This document shows, one piece after another, positions 17,192 to 26,025 of a DNA stretch of 53,198 nucleotides (positions are counted from its first letter, which is position 1; each line of letters begins with the position of its first letter). This DNA is from a virus (Duplodnaviria; Caudoviricetes). Under the pieces are notes generated by a model that did no database searches, was not told the origin of the DNA, and worked only from the letters and a program-made list of their open reading frames with translations. A program made the position numbers and the translations under genes. The stretch covers positions 1-53,198 of IMG/VR virus record IMGVR_UViG_3300027734_000099; one strand, written 5' to 3'.

Positions 17192-17218
17192 TTCAACCAT
17201 CAACCAAAGGAGAACAAC

Positions 17219-17470
17219 ATGTGCCAAGCGTGTGAGGATAACCACGAAGATGAAGGCAGAGATTGGCAAGATGAATTCAATCAGCTGTCAGAAGTTGAAA
17301 AGCAAGAGTTCTACGATTATGCAGTAGGACAACTAACATTTATCATTGATAAAGCCGAAAGTAACGGCGTGTTGTTTGACCTAATTACTAAATGGCCTCG
17401 TGAGAAGCAGGTAGCGTTTGAAATGGCTGCCGTTATAGAGAACCGCGTCTTAAATGACGAAGAAGACTAA
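17219..17470 (+). CDS. Acidic hypothetical protein
   Basis: AAAGGAG SD before ATG 17219. Confidence 0.75.
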   Translation: MCQACEDNHEDEGRDWQDEFNQLSEVEKQEFYDYAVGQLTFIIDKAESNGVLFDLITKWPREKQVAFEMAAVIENRVLNDEED

Positions 17471-17546
17471 GTTTCCTTAACAAATAGTTAGGGAATGTCA
17501 TAGCAATATGACAAACGATTCCATTACCAAAGAAGGGGTAAAAGCT

Positions 17547-18989
17547 ATGGATATCGCTGTATTCACGGAGTCATATGAACCAACTATGGGGGCAAATCGC
17601 CGTCAGGTTCTAATCACTCCACATGATGGAAATGTACGTATCTATTCACGTAACACAGACGGGACTAAAGGCCCTCACAATAAGTGGGAGGAAACAGACC
17701 TAGATAGTATTACTGGAGAGATATCTACAGGTGAGTCATTAACACGAACACCAGTTGCTGTGTACGTTACAGCAGCAGATGAGCGTGCAATGACTAGCAA
17801 AGGCTATTCCCCAGTCCTTGGCACCAAGGCATGTCAGGCACATACAAAAGCAACAGCTAACACTGACGCAACATCATTCGTAGATCGTATTTGCGAACTG
17901 TATGAAGCAGTAAGTAATGGTGATGATTCGCTTGAAGAATATGTAATTGACAATCGTCGTATGCCAGGCTCGCCTGTTCCAATGGGTGTTGTTCCAACAC
18001 AAACAATCCCCGCACCAACCATCACACCAGTCACAGAGACAGTTGTTCCTACAACCTCTGCACAACAAGGAGCAGTGATTAACGCAGCGCTTGCTTCAGT
18101 GCCACGCATTGAACTTGCTAAGCGTTATGTGCATAGAGATATCTGGTCCCGTCAGGACTTTGAAATCTTTGACCATGCACGTTCACAGAACATCAACGTC
18201 CTTATCTACGGCCCAACCGGCCCAGGTAAGACTACATCTGTTGAAGCATGGGCTGCTGAACGCGGCTTACGCATGGCAACAGTATCTGGTAACGCTTCAA
18301 TGGAGCCAAGCCAGATGACTGGTAAATATGTATCTGATGGCAATGGTTCATTTGCATGGATCGATGGCCCAGTTACAGACGTTGTTCGCAATGGTGGCGT
18401 CTTATTGCTCGATGAGGTTAACTTCATCAGCCCTAAGATTTACACAGTTCTATATTCATTGCTAGATGGTCGTCGTAACATTACGTTGCTAGACCACCAC
18501 GGTGAGACTATTGAGGCTAATAAAGACCTCACTATCTTTGCCACAATGAATCCAGATTACATTGGCACAACACCGCTCAACTTTGCATTCCGCAATCGCT
18601 TTGATATCCAAATCCCATGGGATTACGATGACAAAGTGGAGGCTAAGTTGGTTACATCTAAAGCCTTGCTAGTAGTTGCTAAACAACTTCGCGTTGAAGC
18701 AGGCAAAGGTCAGTATGAAACACCAATCTCAACTAACATGCTTCAGGAGTTTGTCAACTTTGTTGATGCTCTTGGTTATGAGTTTGCAGTTGAGAACTTT
18801 ATCGCTCACTTCTCTGCTGACGAAGCAGCAAGTGTGCGTCTTGTATTCCAGACACACGAGCACAATATCAAGACTGACTTTGGTATTGAGATTCCTATTG
18901 TCGTGGAAGAACAACCTGAAGGTAAATCACCTGAAGAACAACTTATGGAGTGGGCTGGACAATACGCTTCCCATAATGGCGTTATCTAA
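17547..18989 (+). CDS. MoxR/CbbQ/CobS-type AAA+ ATPase with N-terminal extension
   Basis: GPTGPGKT, LLLDEVN, ATMNP, A.RNRF. Confidence 0.9.
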   Translation: MDIAVFTESYEPTMGANRRQVLITPHDGNVRIYSRNTDGTKGPHNKWEETDLDSITGEISTGESLTRTPVAVYVTAADERAMTSKGYSPVLGTKACQAHTKATANTDATSFVDRICELYEAVSNGDDSLEEYVIDNRRMPGSPVPMGVVPTQTIPAPTITPVTETVVPTTSAQQGAVINAALASVPRIELAKRYVHRDIWSRQDFEIFDHARSQNINVLIYGPTGPGKTTSVEAWAAERGLRMATVSGNASMEPSQMTGKYVSDGNGSFAWIDGPVTDVVRNGGVLLLDEVNFISPKIYTVLYSLLDGRRNITLLDHHGETIEANKDLTIFATMNPDYIGTTPLNFAFRNRFDIQIPWDYDDKVEAKLVTSKALLVVAKQLRVEAGKGQYETPISTNMLQEFVNFVDALGYEFAVENFIAHFSADEAASVRLVFQTHEHNIKTDFGIEIPIVVEEQPEGKSPEEQLMEWAGQYASHNGVI

Positions 18990-19000
18990 GAAAGGTAACC

Positions 19001-20905
19001 ATGTATCAAGAACAGCTGGAAGATAACAGCTATTACGGAGAAGCCAGAGATGAGGATACACAAGAACGTGCTATCCGACTCAATGCTCTTTGTCGTGTCT
19101 ATGAACAGGCCGACAGAGTATTAACTGGCGACCCCGTGCTAGTGCACGTTATGCCTGATGGCCCCGCACCAGCGTGGTCTGATGGCGCAGCCATCTATAT
19201 CAATGTTAATGAAATTCAAGACATTGATTTAGAAACATTGACGCAGGTGAACGGCTTGAACTATCACGAGCTGTGTCATCACTTGTATACGCCTCGCAAA
19301 GGCACAACCTTAGTCCAATGGATTCAAGAGCAAAACTACTTCCAAGCGTTTAATATCTTGGAGGACCAACGCATCGAGACTCTATTCGTAGCAAGGTATC
19401 CATCAATATCACCATACCTAACAGCAACAGTTGCTCGTTGGCTTGGTGGTTCTGAAGACACAGGCGGTAACTACCTCTGCATTCGTGGTCGTCGTTATTT
19501 ACCTGTGGATATTAGGCAAGCATTCAGAGATGAATTTGCATTTCCTGAGCTAATTCCTAATATCATTGACATCGTAGACAAGTATCGTTTGCTGGCTTTC
19601 CCCAAAGATTATGAAACAGCAAAAGTATTAGTCGAACGACTCCACAAAGAAGTTCTAGTTCCAATGGGACTAGATGGACAATCATTCGGTGGCGGTCCTA
19701 ATGGATGTGGAGATCGTGCCCCAGTAGGTAAAGGTCGTCCTGAACCTGGCAAGGCACAAGAGAAAGATGCTGCACGTGCTTGCGGTATGGGAACTAAAGA
19801 ATCTACTTTTATTCCTAAACCTAAACAATCAGAGCCATCTAATAATGATGGCAATAGTGCAGGCAACACTCCAACACAAACAAACGACGGCTCCGGCCCA
19901 TACATACCACAAAGCACACAAGAGGCTCTAGATATTAGAGACCAACATGTGAACACACCAACATCACCAACAGCAGGAACTGGCCATGTAAAAAGCATGG
20001 GTGGTGTTCCTAACCATATCGATGACATGTTGAATGACGCTATCAATGAAGTGCTTGATCGTAAAGATGTTCAAGCCGACATTAAAGCCAAGCAACGTGT
20101 AATCGTGGGCGGTGATGGTAAACACGAAGATGTCACCAAGCGTGGCAAATTCAGCAGCACATCTGTGCCACAAGAAGCAATCATTAACTATCGTAAGTTC
20201 GCTAAAGAACTACAACGGTTGCGTGATGATTCAGAACCAGCATGGTCTAAAGAAACTCCATCTGGTCGTCTTAACGTGCAGCGTGTAATCAGAGGCTGTG
20301 AGATTGACCAAGCCTTTGATCGTTGGGAGGAAGGCGATGATGGTTGCGATATTGAAGCAGTCATCCTTGTCGATCGTTCCGGCTCAATGTCTAGTGGACA
20401 GAATGATAAGAAAGCATCTATTGCATGCTGGACTATCAAACGAGCACTAGAACACATTCAAGCACCGGTAACAGTCTATGCATTTGATGACCAAGCCGAA
20501 GTTGCTTACACCCGCACCGAACATGCTCACAAAACTGAGTATAAGTTCATCTATGGCAATGGTGGAACAGAACCGTATCCAGCATTGCTAGCCGCTGAAC
20601 AGCTTCTCATGTCTTCTCGTAAGAAGAACAAAATGCTGTTTATAGTTACTGATGGTGTGTTCAACACAAACAAAAATGACGAGCTAATTGAGCGTATCTC
20701 ACGCCGTGGGATTCTTACTGCAATGACCCTCATCATGAACGACAAAGAGTTCAAATACTATGTGGAAGATAGCAATCAACTAACCCTTGAAGGCTTAAAG
20801 CACAAGTCTGAAGTCTTTGGTCGAATCAGTAATGCCCAAGACCTGCTTCCCTTTGCACGACAGGTTGTTACATCTGCAATCCGCAAACGATCAAGAATAC
20901 GTTAG
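19001..20905 (+). CDS. vWA (MIDAS) protein with N-terminal HExxH metallopeptidase-like domain (CobT-like partner)
   Basis: HELCH, NILEDQRIE, DRSGSMS, GGT, VTDG. Confidence 0.88.
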   Translation: MYQEQLEDNSYYGEARDEDTQERAIRLNALCRVYEQADRVLTGDPVLVHVMPDGPAPAWSDGAAIYINVNEIQDIDLETLTQVNGLNYHELCHHLYTPRKGTTLVQWIQEQNYFQAFNILEDQRIETLFVARYPSISPYLTATVARWLGGSEDTGGNYLCIRGRRYLPVDIRQAFRDEFAFPELIPNIIDIVDKYRLLAFPKDYETAKVLVERLHKEVLVPMGLDGQSFGGGPNGCGDRAPVGKGRPEPGKAQEKDAARACGMGTKESTFIPKPKQSEPSNNDGNSAGNTPTQTNDGSGPYIPQSTQEALDIRDQHVNTPTSPTAGTGHVKSMGGVPNHIDDMLNDAINEVLDRKDVQADIKAKQRVIVGGDGKHEDVTKRGKFSSTSVPQEAIINYRKFAKELQRLRDDSEPAWSKETPSGRLNVQRVIRGCEIDQAFDRWEEGDDGCDIEAVILVDRSGSMSSGQNDKKASIACWTIKRALEHIQAPVTVYAFDDQAEVAYTRTEHAHKTEYKFIYGNGGTEPYPALLAAEQLLMSSRKKNKMLFIVTDGVFNTNKNDELIERISRRGILTAMTLIMNDKEFKYYVEDSNQLTLEGLKHKSEVFGRISNAQDLLPFARQVVTSAIRKRSRIR

Positions 20906-20913
20906 GAGTAATA

Positions 20914-21108
20914 ATGTTCACAATATGGGATGAAGTAACAAGCACGTTAGTTGAAACATTTGATGATTATGAGTCAGCAGAAATGTTTTTATTGCACGTG
21001 TCAGACCTGTTACCCGATGGTGGGGCTAACCTAACCATCGAACCAATATCTACAGTTCAAGATTGGGCTATGGATAACGGCATCGTGTTAGATGGAGTCA
21101 TGTCATGA
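20914..21108 (+). CDS. Small acidic protein
   Basis: AGGAG SD; 64 aa. Confidence 0.7.
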   Translation: MFTIWDEVTSTLVETFDDYESAEMFLLHVSDLLPDGGANLTIEPISTVQDWAMDNGIVLDGVMS

Positions 21109-21263
21109 GTAAATATGAACTCTATCAAACATCTGAACAAATGAAATTGCAGGAAGATGCTCAGTATGCTGCATACCGAGAGAAAACCCGCAAACTGCTC
21201 AAAGAGCACAATGCAGAAGACCTATTACCAATGCTAGGACTAGAGGAGCAAACAAATGAGTGA
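21105..21263 (+). CDS. 52-aa hypothetical protein (not in ORF track)
   Basis: MSKYELYQTSEQ...; ATGA overlap. Confidence 0.6.
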   Translation: MSKYELYQTSEQMKLQEDAQYAAYREKTRKLLKEHNAEDLLPMLGLEEQTNE

Positions 21264-21432
21264 ACAACTCAAAGCACAACAAGAGTTCGTCAATCGTTCG
21301 GGTGAGTGCACATGCATTGTGTACCACCCAGTTGGCGAAGAATACCAACGAGTGTTCATGGAATGGACACGCACTGGCAAAAGTAGCATGGCTATGGCTG
21401 CCCAATTGTTTAGTGAATGTGGCACCAGATGA
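21256..21432 (+). CDS. 58-aa hypothetical protein (not in ORF track)
   Basis: MSEQLKAQQEF...; GAGGAG SD. Confidence 0.6.
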   Translation: MSEQLKAQQEFVNRSGECTCIVYHPVGEEYQRVFMEWTRTGKSSMAMAAQLFSECGTR

Positions 21433-21905
21433 GCATCACTATAACTCGTAAAGAAGCGTGTGAACTAATAACCTTACACGTAGGTGTTCCTGTAGATGAA
21501 ATCATGGAAGAAGCACGAACACGGATGATCTTTGCTGTTAACAATGACATCCAAGTTAGAGACTTCTTTATGGGCTTGCCTGTTAAGCATGATATGAAAG
21601 ATGTATTAAAACTATCTACATTCTTAGCAGGTATGGCAAAGCAAGGAGAAGATGTTCCTTTCTTTACCCTAACTGGTATGTTTGCATATGAAATGGGAAA
21701 TGACCAACTATGTAAGTTGTCCTTAAACTATGCAGAAAAGAACAACCCAAGTTATTCCTTAACACACTTATTAAAGAGAGTAATTATGAGTGGGTGGCCA
21801 AGGGAATCTTTTCTTACTATGCGTAAAGAACTTCACCAAAAAGTTCTGGAGCAATGTTACGTTACAGAACCTGACTATCTAATCACGGAGGGTGAAGATG
21901 CCTAA
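21429..21905 (+). CDS. DUF4192-like protein
   Basis: VRD...AYE.G...A...P.YSL..LL...G.P signature of the actinobacterial family. Confidence 0.7.
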   Translation: MSITITRKEACELITLHVGVPVDEIMEEARTRMIFAVNNDIQVRDFFMGLPVKHDMKDVLKLSTFLAGMAKQGEDVPFFTLTGMFAYEMGNDQLCKLSLNYAEKNNPSYSLTHLLKRVIMSGWPRESFLTMRKELHQKVLEQCYVTEPDYLITEGEDA

Positions 21906-22470
21906 CTGGTGCACCAATACCTTGCTTATAAGTGGGGAGCCAGATGAGGTTCAAAGGTTGTTAGATACAGTTGAAGACGGCAACTCAAGCCTGTCTTTAA
22001 GTAAATTAATAACAACCCCAGAAGAACTAAAAAACACAACAGCTCCATCAAGAAATCCTGAGGAAGAAAAACAACGCCTTAGAGATTTGTATGGCGCAGT
22101 TGATTGGTATGACTGGCAAGTAAATAACTGGGGAACTAAGTGGGATGTAGAAGCACGTATCATAGGTGATACGCATGCTAACGTCAATGTCTCATTCCTT
22201 AGTAAAGTAAAAGAAACTAAACGAGTAGTAACCATGGAGTTTGATAGTGCGTGGGCGCCACCCACACCAGTAATCAAACACATGGCAAAACAATTCCCCA
22301 ACACAAACATTTACCATACATACGACGAGTCGGGAAGTGACTTTTCTGGCTATCACATGTATAGTAATGGAGAATGCGTGAAAGAACAAGAAACAGAGTC
22401 GTTCTCGAACCTTAAGTTCTATTATGAACCTAATGAGGACATCTTTGATTATTTCCCAGACAACGAATAG
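21898..22470 (+). CDS. DUF1281/YubB ferredoxin-like fold protein
   Basis: MPNWC.N.L, WYDW...NWGTKW, FDSAWAPP. Confidence 0.8.
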   Translation: MPNWCTNTLLISGEPDEVQRLLDTVEDGNSSLSLSKLITTPEELKNTTAPSRNPEEEKQRLRDLYGAVDWYDWQVNNWGTKWDVEARIIGDTHANVNVSFLSKVKETKRVVTMEFDSAWAPPTPVIKHMAKQFPNTNIYHTYDESGSDFSGYHMYSNGECVKEQETESFSNLKFYYEPNEDIFDYFPDNE

Positions 22471-22480
22471 GGGGAAGTGA

Positions 22481-22678
22481 ATGAAACCACATCACTTGAA
22501 TATCACGTTTGACGTCAACATTGCCCCATGGCGTATTGATGATCCAACGGACTATAAAAATGCTGATTGGTCATTATGGGTATTCGATAGAAACCTAGGG
22601 CAGTGGGTTCCACATACCGAGTGGAAACGTCCCGGGGAGTCTTGCAAGATTATCCAGATTGAAGTAGTAGATGAGTGA
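22481..22678 (+). CDS. Hypothetical protein
   Basis: 65 aa, GGGGG SD-like site. Confidence 0.6.
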   Translation: MKPHHLNITFDVNIAPWRIDDPTDYKNADWSLWVFDRNLGQWVPHTEWKRPGESCKIIQIEVVDE

Positions 22679-22778
22679 AGCCTCCGGTAGCACTCCGGAG
22701 GACTCCAACTGAAGGCGTGAACTCTGAGCTTTAAGAGTTTACGTGTATAGTCTATATCATAATAGAAGGGAAAAATAC

Positions 22779-23027
22779 ATGTTTGAAATAGGATTCGCTA
22801 GCGGAACTATTAAAGACAAACATATACGAAAACTAGTGGCTGCATTAGAAAATGCAGGGCTAGAAGTCACGGTAACCAAGGGTAAACAACACATCCGTGT
22901 CGAAAACCCCGAGACACATAAGGTAGTATTCTTCGGTGGTAACTCGCTTGGGGACTGGAGAGCCGCAAAAAACATACTGAGAGACCTAAAACAAGTAGGT
23001 TTCAATGAAGATATCAAACTAGGTTAG
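22779..23027 (+). CDS. HicA-like mRNA interferase fold protein
   Basis: L...G......KG..H.....P...DWRA.KN....LK..G; AGAAGGG SD; no adjacent HicB. Confidence 0.7.
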   Translation: MFEIGFASGTIKDKHIRKLVAALENAGLEVTVTKGKQHIRVENPETHKVVFFGGNSLGDWRAAKNILRDLKQVGFNEDIKLG

Positions 23028-23036
23028 GAATAGCAC

Positions 23037-23303
23037 ATGGCTAAAATAACAAAGACACTAACTGCAACACTAACAAAGAACACCGCAGTTGAGAAGGGTG
23101 GAGCATGGCTCCTTACAATCGATTGCTGTGATGACGTAACACATTCTGCGTGGGCTAACCCATCAGCAGCAAAGCGTTACCTGAAGGCATACGTGCAAGA
23201 AAATACCCCACGTAAGTCAATTAAGATGGTAGTTGGTGCTACCAATGAAGCTGGAAAACCAACACACCTATCGGGTGAGCTAAGTTGGAAGGCAGACGCG
23301 TAA
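23037..23303 (+). CDS. Hypothetical protein
   Basis: 88-aa ORF, AGGA SD. Confidence 0.7.
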   Translation: MAKITKTLTATLTKNTAVEKGGAWLLTIDCCDDVTHSAWANPSAAKRYLKAYVQENTPRKSIKMVVGATNEAGKPTHLSGELSWKADA

Positions 23304-23467
23304 TGGATTACGAAACGGTTATGCCATTTAAATCAATTAATGACATAGTTAAAGAAATCAAAGAAGGAACAGACGAACCTCTTTATGAGTTTACTTCTGC
23401 AACTTTTGGGGTTTCTGAGGAAAAACAATGCGGATGTGGTCATTGCACTTGTGGTGACCAAGAATGA
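23303..23467 (+). CDS. Small protein with Cys-rich tail
   Basis: CGCGHCTCG; TAATG coupling. Confidence 0.6.
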   Translation: MDYETVMPFKSINDIVKEIKEGTDEPLYEFTSATFGVSEEKQCGCGHCTCGDQE

Positions 23468-23721
23468 TTACCGCAACAGTTACGTATGAAATACCTGACG
23501 GTATTGATGCTAAGGAGTTTGTAGAAGTTGTTACAGGCGCTGAATCATTTAATACCAGCTACGTGGCATTTCTTCTTGAATTAAAAGATGATGCCCATTT
23601 ATCTATTCCTGTCTCATTTAGCTGGGGGGATGAAACAAATACCCACGGCATTGGTAATGGAAGTCTGGAGCTATGTGAAATAGGTCCAGATGAATGTGAG
23701 CATTGGGAAACTGAAGAATAA
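23464..23721 (+). CDS. Acidic hypothetical protein
   Basis: 85 aa; ATGA overlap. Confidence 0.65.
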   Translation: MITATVTYEIPDGIDAKEFVEVVTGAESFNTSYVAFLLELKDDAHLSIPVSFSWGDETNTHGIGNGSLELCEIGPDECEHWETEE

Positions 23722-23735
23722 GACACAAAGCAAAT

Positions 23736-23761
23736 GGCCCCTCGTCTCACGACGGGGGGCC
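23736..23761. terminator. Terminator between convergent blocks
   Basis: GGCCCCTCGTC-TCAC-GACGGGGGGCC. Confidence 0.75.
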
Positions 23762-23781
23762 AAATGTTTGTGTTGGCGTTT

Positions 23782-23913
23782 TTAGGAGTCGATTTCGTCG
23801 TCTAGAAATAGATCTTCTAGGTCTTCAATATCTTCCTCTTCCAACTCATCAATGATGTCTTCAAAGTCTTCTTCAAAGTCCTCATCAAAAAGGTCTGGAT
23901 TTAGATCTTCCAT
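23782..23913 (-). CDS. 43-aa hyper-acidic protein (not in ORF track)
   Basis: MEDLNPDLFDEDFEEDFEDIIDELEEEDIEDLEDLFLDDEIDS; GGGAGAG SD. Confidence 0.65.
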   Translation of the reverse strand: MEDLNPDLFDEDFEEDFEDIIDELEEEDIEDLEDLFLDDEIDS

Positions 23914-23955
23914 TGCAACTCTCCCAGTACTAGTAGGTATGAAAATCGTACACTA

Positions 23956-25986
23956 TTAATTATTATCTTTAATCAGTTTAACTTCACAGGCATCTGTGGT
24001 GCAGTACGCCTCCCCAACAGCATCTGCGGCCATACCTGCGTACACACCGGCAAAGTCAATTGGGAACAGTTTCATGCGAGCCTCTTCATACTCACTCTCA
24101 GTGATCTGAGTGTATGGCATCTGTGGGTATACAGTGTTACCCATAGGCAAGAACGAAACCGTCTTCAGCTGACCATCATGCATGTGAAGGATAGACGCAA
24201 TAGAGTCTGCTTCCTTCTCAGGGTCAAAGGTCACAGTTACAGATACAGAGTTATCTGACCAATAGCGTTGCGTTACAACGGCAAGCGCTACCTTTTCATG
24301 TACAGATACTTCTTTCTCAGCACGTTTTGCACTGGTTTGGATAGGGAAGAACACGACCGAAGTTGTATCTGGTGATTCAGATGCTGGCTCTACCTGATAG
24401 TTTGCCATTCTGAATAATGGGAGCATTGGGTCAGAGTTAGCAAAACGAATAGCTCTATTAAAGAACTTACCTCCGGATGCCCAGTGAACTCCAGGAGACT
24501 CACCGGCAAGAATGGATACGGTGCCAGATGGCTTGACTGTGGTCATCTTGATTGACTGACGAATACCCAACCATTCAGAATACGACTCGTCGTATCCCTT
24601 GACTACAGCGTAGCCCTCATTGAGCCAGTCACGGAGAATAGTCCAGCCATTGTTGTCAGCAAAGTTAGCAATACCAGAAATTGAGGTTCCGATACGGCGG
24701 TTACGTTGCATGATTGCGTTAGTTTCTTCCCAGTGAGTAGGGAGAAGTGTCACAGTCTTGGCGTATAAGTAGGCAAACTTTAGGGTGCGCTTGAAGTCCT
24801 CTAACGAGTCGTGCCTATTCAAGTAAGTCTCTACCAATGTACACATTTCAAAAGATTCTAGGCTTTGCTCAGCGCATGGGTTATACCCAGCAACACGCCA
24901 ATCTTTATTGTTAGGTGGATCAATCAAACGACCGTATTTGCGTGAAACATCCATCCAGACCACTCCTGGCTCGCCGTTGCGAACAATGCCATCAATGATC
25001 TTAGAGAAATCAGAACCTACTTTTGCCTCAACAGAGTTGTTAGACATCCAAGCCCATCCCGGATTCTTATGATCATAAGAGTTGCGCTCAGGATAAACTT
25101 CAGCATTCTTTAAGTTCAAAAAGTCCTCATCATCAATTCTACCGATGAGTAGCTCAGCTGACCTACGTACGTTTCCAGATACAACACAAACCCCGATTAG
25201 GTTGCCAATATCAGCAATGTCCTTACGGGTTAGTTTTTCTCCTGCACGTCCCTTAAAAATTCTATGAATATAGTTGTGTAGTCGTTCTAGCGGTTCGTGT
25301 CCTGCTGCGGTTCCGCCAAACGTTTTGATTGGAGTGCCTGCTGGACGGATTTCTTTGTAATCAAATACTGGAGCCTTGCTATCTGGCTTGAGGTAAGCAT
25401 TGATGACGGACGTGACGGATTCGACCCATCCTTCTCGGGTGTCTGGTACAACATATGTGTCTCCTTGATTTGGTTCATAGATAGTGAAGTCCTTGTCAGC
25501 CCCCTTATCGTCGAACCCTACTCCGACACCTAACATGGATGCTTCCATTAAGAAAGCAAATGGTTTTGCTGGGTTGAGCTTCGTCATCTCAGTTGTAGAA
25601 ACGAAAGCACAATTCTGTAGTGCGGCAGAGTTCCTCTGCTCATTAACAATTGGAGTTCCCATTACCCATAGTCCGCGTCCTGGCGGTGTCCACTTCAATT
25701 GGAACAACCGGTCAAATGCTTCTTTGGCTGATGATGCAGCTTTAGCATCTGACCAAGGTAAGCGTTGGGATTTAGCGTGGTCTTTTTGAAGGGAATACAT
25801 TCCGTTGATTACGCGTTCGCAAACTTCAACCCAAGTTTCTTTAGTACCGTCCTCTTTAAGACGAGAGTATGTTCGCAAGAAAGTAATTTCTCCGACACTA
25901 TTTCCCGCTGCGTCAGAATACCCCCAAGGAACAGTCTTACCTTTGTATGAGTTGACGAAATCCTCGGCTAATTTAAAAGAAAACAA
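23956..25986 (-). CDS. nrdJ: Class II (B12-dependent, RTPR-type) ribonucleotide reductase
   Basis: PPGRGLW, ALQNC, GNVRRSA, NPCAEQ, TVKPSGT, C-terminal CTTDAC; no small subunit nearby. Confidence 0.92.
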   Translation of the reverse strand: MFSFKLAEDFVNSYKGKTVPWGYSDAAGNSVGEITFLRTYSRLKEDGTKETWVEVCERVINGMYSLQKDHAKSQRLPWSDAKAASSAKEAFDRLFQLKWTPPGRGLWVMGTPIVNEQRNSAALQNCAFVSTTEMTKLNPAKPFAFLMEASMLGVGVGFDDKGADKDFTIYEPNQGDTYVVPDTREGWVESVTSVINAYLKPDSKAPVFDYKEIRPAGTPIKTFGGTAAGHEPLERLHNYIHRIFKGRAGEKLTRKDIADIGNLIGVCVVSGNVRRSAELLIGRIDDEDFLNLKNAEVYPERNSYDHKNPGWAWMSNNSVEAKVGSDFSKIIDGIVRNGEPGVVWMDVSRKYGRLIDPPNNKDWRVAGYNPCAEQSLESFEMCTLVETYLNRHDSLEDFKRTLKFAYLYAKTVTLLPTHWEETNAIMQRNRRIGTSISGIANFADNNGWTILRDWLNEGYAVVKGYDESYSEWLGIRQSIKMTTVKPSGTVSILAGESPGVHWASGGKFFNRAIRFANSDPMLPLFRMANYQVEPASESPDTTSVVFFPIQTSAKRAEKEVSVHEKVALAVVTQRYWSDNSVSVTVTFDPEKEADSIASILHMHDGQLKTVSFLPMGNTVYPQMPYTQITESEYEEARMKLFPIDFAGVYAGMAADAVGEAYCTTDACEVKLIKDNN

Positions 25987-26025
25987 AATAGTACCCTTCT
26001 CTAAAATGATGGTGTATTTACATAA

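Noticed and set aside
17547-20905. Cobalamin biosynthesis auxiliary genes cobS/cobT supporting the B12 RNR
   Set aside because: No CobN or other cob genes; generic MoxR/vWA architecture
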